Assembly (NCBI GenBank): GCA_041743505.1
Contig: JBGTMQ010000003.1
Location: 89,148-153,147, forward strand
Origin: Candidatus Saccharimonadia bacterium
GTDB lineage: Bacteria > Patescibacteriota > Saccharimonadia > UBA4664
Direction of reading: 5' to 3'
Length of the DNA stretch: 64,000 nucleotides
The stretch's first letter is position 1. Each line of letters opens with the position of its first letter. The position numbers and the translations under genes are program-made. Below the pieces are notes generated by a model, which did no database searches, was not told the origin of the DNA, and saw only the letters and a list, made by a program, of their open reading frames with translations. This document shows positions 58,334-64,000 of this stretch, one piece after another.

Positions 58334-58349
58334 CCGAACGAATACCGAA
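58334..58349 (-). promoter_or_regulatory. TTCGG-N6-TTCGG operator (putative LexA box) upstream of DUF6504-dinB
   Basis: Minus strand TTCGGtattcgTTCGG followed by TATAAACT. Confidence 0.75.
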
Positions 58350-58365
58350 CACAAGCATGAGCAAG

Positions 58366-58971
58366 TTAGCGCTTGATCCCCAAAGCCTCCCAAACCCGGT
58401 CTGCCACCTCCTGAGTCGTTCCCTCAGCGTCAACTTCCAGTAGCACACCAAGCTCTGAGTAGAACTTAATAGCGGGCACAACATCCTTGTAATAAAATCT
58501 CCACCGCTCATCCTGCAGGTGGTGAGCATCATCCGCCCGCCCCCGGTCCGAGCTCCGGTTTCGAGACTCTTGCTCGCTAATATGCAAGAGAACCACGCGC
58601 TCAAGATAACGCCCCATGCCAGGCAATACATCAACCAGCCATCGGGCTTCCTCCAGCTTCTTTGCTCCATCAAATACAATCGTCTGCTCCACGGGAATGC
58701 TTTCCAGTTTGGTTTTCAGTAATCTCCGGACATCATCGGACGAGATCAGGGCACCACTGTCATGAACCGCCATGATACGAGGGTCATTTTCCGTCCGGAT
58801 CAAGTCCCCTACCGAAAAATAAACCGCTCCGAAATGCTCAGCTAGCATGCGCGTCTGGGTCCCTTTACCCGAGTTCGGCGGCCCCACTACCACGATCACC
58901 CGGCCGTTGGCCGAGCTTGGCTCAGTCAGCGCAGATAAGTGATTCTGTCTCTCACTAGCATCGTGAGGCAT
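58366..58971 (-). CDS. adk: adenylate/NMP kinase family protein (short LID)
   Basis: GPPNSGKGTQ, SVGDLIR, G.LI, R.DD; DGFPR motif diverged to DGAKK. Confidence 0.75.
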   Translation of the reverse strand: MPHDASERQNHLSALTEPSSANGRVIVVVGPPNSGKGTQTRMLAEHFGAVYFSVGDLIRTENDPRIMAVHDSGALISSDDVRRLLKTKLESIPVEQTIVFDGAKKLEEARWLVDVLPGMGRYLERVVLLHISEQESRNRSSDRGRADDAHHLQDERWRFYYKDVVPAIKFYSELGVLLEVDAEGTTQEVADRVWEALGIKR

Positions 58972-59203
58972 ATAGATCCTTTCTCAACATGAGTATTTAG
59001 TTTCCCATTATAAGCATGCCAGAGGCACCCGACAAACATCGACTAATCTACTGCTTAGAAGGAGGGTAACAATTTAGTCTTAAAGAAAAATTGGTACATA
59101 GAGCCAACCAGTCGGAGCTAGACCAAGAATTAATGCCGCAATAGACCACTTGTGTCTTGACTTAGAGCTTGCGCTATCCTTTCAGCTCTGACAAGCTAAT
59201 GTT

Positions 59204-59419
59204 ATGACCGATATTTACATTGGCCTTTGGGTAATCGGCTGGCTACTCGCCGGACTTTATGTGTTGCAGGCGACAAAAAACAAGAGCCTTGACCCGCATT
59301 TACGGCCTCTGGCATATGTCTGCTTCATTGTCGCTGCCGGACCCTTTTTGGTGTGGCTTGCGTACTATGTCGCAGGCCTCATTTTGTTTATTTGGCCACG
59401 TGACTTCATTGCCCAATAA
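59204..59419 (+). CDS. small membrane protein
   Basis: Two hydrophobic helices. Confidence 0.5.
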   Translation: MTDIYIGLWVIGWLLAGLYVLQATKNKSLDPHLRPLAYVCFIVAAGPFLVWLAYYVAGLILFIWPRDFIAQ

Positions 59420-59438
59420 TAACTATTCTTTCAAAGAT

Positions 59439-59636
59439 TTAAGAGTTTAGCCAAATATATTGGTAATAATAAAACGCAGCTATCAAAAGCAGAAATGATA
59501 GCATTAATAAAGCGAACGGCCTCCACCGTAGAGTCTTTGTCTTCTGGAATCGCGTCAGACCCAAACCAAGCGAAACAGCACCACCCAAAAGAATAATACC
59601 AAGCAGAACAAGCTCTAAATATGTAGATGATTTCAT
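59439..59636 (-). CDS. small membrane protein
   Basis: Two TM helices; TATAAT 6 nt upstream of ATG. Confidence 0.55.
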   Translation of the reverse strand: MKSSTYLELVLLGIILLGGAVSLGLGLTRFQKTKTLRWRPFALLMLSFLLLIAAFYYYQYIWLNS

Positions 59637-59701
59637 ATAAGCATTATAGGCGAATTTTAAAAAAGCGGCCATCGGGAGTATAACCCCGATGGCCGCACTT
59701 A

Positions 59702-61951
59702 CTAATCCCTTGCTCGAACAGCCTGCAAGACTCGCTTAGCTATCGCCTCCTGCCCAGATACGTTTGGATGGAAACTCTCTGCTTTTGGCAGTTTGGCAGA
59801 GTTGAGCCAAGGATCACGAGTGCAAAGCTCATGCCTCGCAAACGCGTCGTACACATCAACGTAGGTGAAGCCCGCGCTCCTAGCCGCCTTTTCAAGTGTG
59901 CGATTGAGGTCGGCAATTACACTATTGATCCACACCATGTCCCTTGGGTCAAAAAAGCGCTGCTGAATACCCGTACTACAGTGGGTGAATCGGTTAGGCG
60001 CGAAAAATCGCGGGTAGCCTACTACGAACACCTTTGCGTTAGGTGCTTTCTGTCGAATCTGGTAAAACAAATCGGGCAGGTTGTCATGACCTGTATGTTG
60101 ATTTGTACCCGTGGCCAAACTCGAGAGAGCGCTCTCGACAGCGGAGCCCCATACGTCTTGGCAAGTCTTGTCTAGTAGCCCTCGAAGCGAACAGTATTCT
60201 AGGACATCGCCAAAATGGACATTGTTGCCACCAATGGTCAAAGTAACAACTTTGACGTCTGGACCTAGCCAGTCAAGCTGTGCACTGCCTTCGCCAGGGT
60301 TTATCGGCCGCCTATACTTGTCGATATGGTTAGTGGGGTAAGGGGTGAAAAAATCCTTCACAATAGCCCCGCTGCATGCATGGAAACTGAACCGCTTGGC
60401 ACTAATCTTACTTGAGATTAGTGGACCATAAGCTGCATTGGAGCGGTGGCATCGATTGTCGGGAGAGTTCGTCCCCTTTAGGTAGCCACCTTTAGCAGGT
60501 GCACCTTCACCGGATGAGTACGAGTCACCCAATGCCACATAAGCTGGGTTGCTCGGACTCGGCGGAACTGGTGGTGGCGTAGTGCCTCCTCCGGTGCCCT
60601 TCCACAGCACCGTCTGCGGGTACTCCCCGGTCAAACCGGGCACGTTAAACGCATCTACGCTGTAGCTGCCTGATCCGGTTGCGATGCCACCGTCCTTATG
60701 CAGGAGTGACAAAACCGCCTTTCCAGGCACCAGCGTGAGACCCCTTAGACCCGACTGGCTCCAGCTCTGCTGGTTTGCAGAACTGTCACCTTTAAGAATG
60801 ATCGGGCTCTGAAGCGATCCGTCGGCAGCCAGGTGTGACACCTGAACACCCAAACAGCTATCCGACCACAAGTTGCAGTCGAAACCGAAGGTGATGGGAA
60901 CTATAACATGACCGGTGCCATCCACATGGACTGATTCAACGGTACGCACAAAGGTATCCGGAGGTGCAGCAATTGCCTTATGCCAGCCAGGCTGCCCTGA
61001 ACCATCAACATACTGGACATCCGCACCGCTAGATACGTGGCTGACAACCACAGCACCCCCATTGGGGGTAGCTGCCACGTATGGCCCGCCATAGTTACAG
61101 CGGGTGACGTGGGGCAATGTCTTGGTCCAAGCTACACCGGCCGGACCAAACTTGGTCAGCATGGTGTCGCCATTGGCATCCAAACAGCCCTCTGGTGTGA
61201 GCGTCTGCGTGTACCACACGACGAACAACTCACCTGTGGCCGAAGCCGCAACATCCCGGCCCACGGAGTCAACCGGAGCCGGTGAAGCTGTGAACGGTCC
61301 GCCGGCAAGCCGGCCGTCGTATCCGATGTACCACACACGGCCCGAACCACTATAGGCCACCAGTCCACGGTCATAAGCCAGCAGCTTGTCGCTACTGCCG
61401 TAGGCAAACCCATTAAGCAAGACACCAGCAAACAGTTCGTGACCGTCACTAGCGTCGTAGCCGTATAGCGTACTACCAACCGTACTATAAACCTGGCCGT
61501 TAGCTCCGACTGCCAGTTGGTAATCGACACCATCAGGCAGTGGCTTACTCCACTTCTCGCCTGAGCCGCTCGCTGCAATCAGCCGGGCTTGGCCGGTGCC
61601 GGGGTTCTGGACCCGGTAGGTGTTACCCGAAGCGTCCACTACCGGACCCGGACCAATGTAGTCCTGGTCCTGATAGCCGACATTCCAACTAGCTGTCCCA
61701 GTCGCATTAATACCGACCACAGCATCACCACCACTCGGCACCCCACCACTAGAGATGGCCGTGTTCACCACCACACCGCCATTCGGCTGAGGCGCCAAAG
61801 CAGCCCAGTGCCGCACCGGCACACTCCATGCCGCCCCATTCCCAAACGGGCTTGGTGCAGCTGTCGCAATACCTGGCACTAGCATCGACAACACCAGAGT
61901 ACACAAAAGCACCACGGTCAAAGACCCGGTGCTGCGGCGTGACCTAGTCAC
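59702..61951 (-). CDS. secreted beta-propeller + SGNH/GDSL hydrolase protein
   Basis: Signal peptide, repeated W-ending beta strands, PPPVPPSP linker, ALGDSYSSGEG, ACSGA, TIGGNN, GYP, FHPN. Confidence 0.85.
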   Translation of the reverse strand: MTRSRRSTGSLTVVLLCTLVLSMLVPGIATAAPSPFGNGAAWSVPVRHWAALAPQPNGGVVVNTAISSGGVPSGGDAVVGINATGTASWNVGYQDQDYIGPGPVVDASGNTYRVQNPGTGQARLIAASGSGEKWSKPLPDGVDYQLAVGANGQVYSTVGSTLYGYDASDGHELFAGVLLNGFAYGSSDKLLAYDRGLVAYSGSGRVWYIGYDGRLAGGPFTASPAPVDSVGRDVAASATGELFVVWYTQTLTPEGCLDANGDTMLTKFGPAGVAWTKTLPHVTRCNYGGPYVAATPNGGAVVVSHVSSGADVQYVDGSGQPGWHKAIAAPPDTFVRTVESVHVDGTGHVIVPITFGFDCNLWSDSCLGVQVSHLAADGSLQSPIILKGDSSANQQSWSQSGLRGLTLVPGKAVLSLLHKDGGIATGSGSYSVDAFNVPGLTGEYPQTVLWKGTGGGTTPPPVPPSPSNPAYVALGDSYSSGEGAPAKGGYLKGTNSPDNRCHRSNAAYGPLISSKISAKRFSFHACSGAIVKDFFTPYPTNHIDKYRRPINPGEGSAQLDWLGPDVKVVTLTIGGNNVHFGDVLEYCSLRGLLDKTCQDVWGSAVESALSSLATGTNQHTGHDNLPDLFYQIRQKAPNAKVFVVGYPRFFAPNRFTHCSTGIQQRFFDPRDMVWINSVIADLNRTLEKAARSAGFTYVDVYDAFARHELCTRDPWLNSAKLPKAESFHPNVSGQEAIAKRVLQAVRARD

Positions 61952-62132
61952 GACCCCCTCCTTAACATGAGTAGGCTAAAACTGTGAATGAACTTAGAAC
62001 TTGGCAATGATACACTAAAAATCGGAACATGTCAATAAATGCCATGGATATAGCCACGTTTCGGCACTTATCCCCCAATATCGCCTCAGTTTTCCACTGG
62101 CCAAATTAATAGTCATATGACAAGATGTTGTC

Positions 62133-62579
62133 ATGAAATGTCCGTTTTGTCGTGAAACCACCACCGAAGTTTATAATTCCCGTGATACCAGGTTTGGCAC
62201 CCAAATCTGGCGTCGCCGCCGCTGCACCAGCTGCCACGAGTCATTCACTACCTACGAAGCCCCGGACCTCGGCTTCCTCAAGATCGTCAAAAAATCTGGC
62301 AAAAAACAACGTTACTCCCGCGCCAAACTCTACTCAGGCATCTATGGCGCCTTTCTCTCCATCCCCGCCAAGGAAACCACCGTCGATGCTATCACCGATA
62401 CCATCGAGGCCAAACTGCTCGACACCAAGCAGCGCGAGCTCACCACCCAAGCCATCGCCCGCGTTGTTCTCATCACCCTCAAGCACTTCAACACTGCTGC
62501 CTTCCTGCGCTACCTCTCCTACCAAACCGACCTGGCCAACGACGCCCAGCTCAAGAAGGAGCTAAAAAAGTACCAGTAA
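62133..62579 (+). CDS. nrdR: transcriptional repressor NrdR
   Basis: MKCPFC, V.NSR, RRRRC..C...FTTYE, ATP cone, A.LRY.S. Confidence 0.9.
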   Translation: MKCPFCRETTTEVYNSRDTRFGTQIWRRRRCTSCHESFTTYEAPDLGFLKIVKKSGKKQRYSRAKLYSGIYGAFLSIPAKETTVDAITDTIEAKLLDTKQRELTTQAIARVVLITLKHFNTAAFLRYLSYQTDLANDAQLKKELKKYQ

Positions 62580-62647
62580 CCGGCAGCCATATTAAAAATA
62601 CCGGTCTGCAGGATTACCCACAGACCGGTCAAATCGAACCTGTCGCC

Positions 62648-63088
62648 TTACCCACCCAACTGCGGATACACGATAAGAATCGGATAAATAACCACGGTCG
62701 CCAGAAACACAATAAACACCCCACCGGCCGCCAAATGCTTTATGCGTCTAATGCCAAGATTGAACCGGTTCTCAACGATCCAATCGCAAATTGCCTCCTG
62801 GGTCGTATTCTGCGACTCCGCATACCAACCCCAAAAGACCAATAGGAGAAAGATAACCCAGTTAAGCGGCCCGAAACCGGCTATCAAACCGCCGGCTGCC
62901 AACAGCGCGCCCAAGCCCAACTGATACCGCACCGGCCGGCAATTACGCAGCAGGTACCAGAAACCGTCCCACGAGTCCTGAGCCGCCCTCAGATCCCGGG
63001 CCAGACCTTTCTCGGGCCTGCCCAGAAAATATTCCTGCCCGCAGGTTGTCTTGGTTTTAGGTGCATCTGAACTCGGGTCGGTATTCAC
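62648..63088 (-). CDS. DgkA-type diacylglycerol/undecaprenol kinase family protein
   Basis: A..G...L, AE..NT..E.ICD, IK.LAAG.V; three TM. Confidence 0.7.
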   Translation of the reverse strand: MNTDPSSDAPKTKTTCGQEYFLGRPEKGLARDLRAAQDSWDGFWYLLRNCRPVRYQLGLGALLAAGGLIAGFGPLNWVIFLLLVFWGWYAESQNTTQEAICDWIVENRFNLGIRRIKHLAAGGVFIVFLATVVIYPILIVYPQLGG

Positions 63089-63208
63089 GGTTACCCTATC
63101 CTTCCACGAACGAGTTGGTCAGAATAGGCCCCAGTATACTCCAATGCTCGCAGCAAGCCAAAAAACCGGGCCGATTGGCCCGGTTTCCCGTATTCACACT
63201 AGAGTATG

Positions 63209-63895
63209 TTACTTTTTGTCGCGGCGGTCCTTATCGCCCTCGTTTTCTTCAGATACCACAATTGGCTCATCATCACGGGCGCCTTCCGGCACTTCCTCGC
63301 CCACGGCCTCATCCAGCTCAGCCATCTCCTCGTCACTACGTGGCGGCTCTACCTTCGCCACCAAGGTCTCGACGTCCTCAATGGTCAGCTTCACCCCCTG
63401 AGGCACTTTCAAATCAGCCACAGTGATGGTCTTCTCAAAGTCATCCAGCACTGAGATATCAACCTCCAGCGATTCTGGCAAGTCACCTGGCAGACATTCC
63501 ACCTCGATTATTTCCAGGTTCTTTACCAGCGTACCTTCGCCCTGGTAAACCGCTGTCGACTCGCCCACATAATGCAGTGGAACCTCAGCTTTTAGCTCCT
63601 CATCCATGCGTACCAGATAGAAGTCCACGTGCGTCAGGCCACCCTTAACGGGCTCACGCTGCACATCAGTCATCAGTACATTCTTGGCCCGGCCCTCACC
63701 CACCTTCAGCGCCACGATCTTGTTGCCGCCGGCCATACGATAGGCCTTCTCGACCTCCTTAGCCTCAAGTGTCAATGATTCCGGCTCGGAGCCGTGACCA
63801 TAAGCCACAGCCGGAAGCTTGCCTTGTTCACGGAGCTTAGCCGCCTTTTTACCATGAACAGAACGGATCGTAGCGGCGAGTGTAATCTTTTCCAT
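63209..63895 (-). CDS. rplY: 50S ribosomal protein L25
   Basis: LR..G.LPAV.YG, VQ..PV...LTHVDF, LP.DLP...EVDIS.L. Confidence 0.95.
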   Translation of the reverse strand: MEKITLAATIRSVHGKKAAKLREQGKLPAVAYGHGSEPESLTLEAKEVEKAYRMAGGNKIVALKVGEGRAKNVLMTDVQREPVKGGLTHVDFYLVRMDEELKAEVPLHYVGESTAVYQGEGTLVKNLEIIEVECLPGDLPESLEVDISVLDDFEKTITVADLKVPQGVKLTIEDVETLVAKVEPPRSDEEMAELDEAVGEEVPEGARDDEPIVVSEENEGDKDRRDKK

Positions 63896-64000
63896 GCGTA
63901 ATACTCCTGCTCAATAGAAAATTATTTAGACTTTTTTGCAAATGATTTCGACTTGGTAACCCAGCGATGAAACTCAGCAATCTCTGAAGCGCTGATAGCG

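Noticed and set aside
61990-62132. NrdR box near nrdR or dut
   Set aside because: No good match to the acaCwAtATaTwGtgt consensus found by eye

Overview
Chromosomal segment of a small-genome Patescibacteria (CPR) bacterium, most likely Saccharimonadia. This is inferred from compact, mostly leaderless core genes, three TrmB-like regulators, the CPR-type wHTH-nucleotidyltransferase gene and murT/gatD. Genetic code 11 fits. The + strand is visibly C-rich and many core genes lie on the - strand. Core genes: infC-rpmI-rplT, rpmB, rplY, thrS, miaA, rnhA, dut, nrdR, comM/yifB, murT-gatD-pgeF, alaX, pyrB, adk-like, a dinB-like polymerase and glycosyltransferases. RNA genes: tmRNA, RNase P RNA, a 6S-like RNA, tRNA-Pro(GGG), tRNA-Val(GAC), tRNA-Val(CAC) and a T-box leader upstream of thrS. 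Many single orphan genes with their own promoter, SD and terminator lie between the core genes. The most notable observations are: (1) a TTCGG-N6-TTCGG operator on three promoters (comM, a DUF6504-like/dinB operon, and a convergent Avd/four-helix-bundle gene), suggesting an SOS mutagenesis module; (2) a tasA-sipW-like operon whose SipW carries a second SipW-type substrate segment; (3) an ultrashort-Stem-I Thr T-box with a terminator controlling mazG-like plus thrS; (4) a tmRNA-flanking cassette with a fused ABC-ATPase/TOPRIM gene between degenerate direct repeats; (5) two tandem proteins each with five MerR/Xis-like HTH units. All family calls come from motifs read by eye; no database searches were run.
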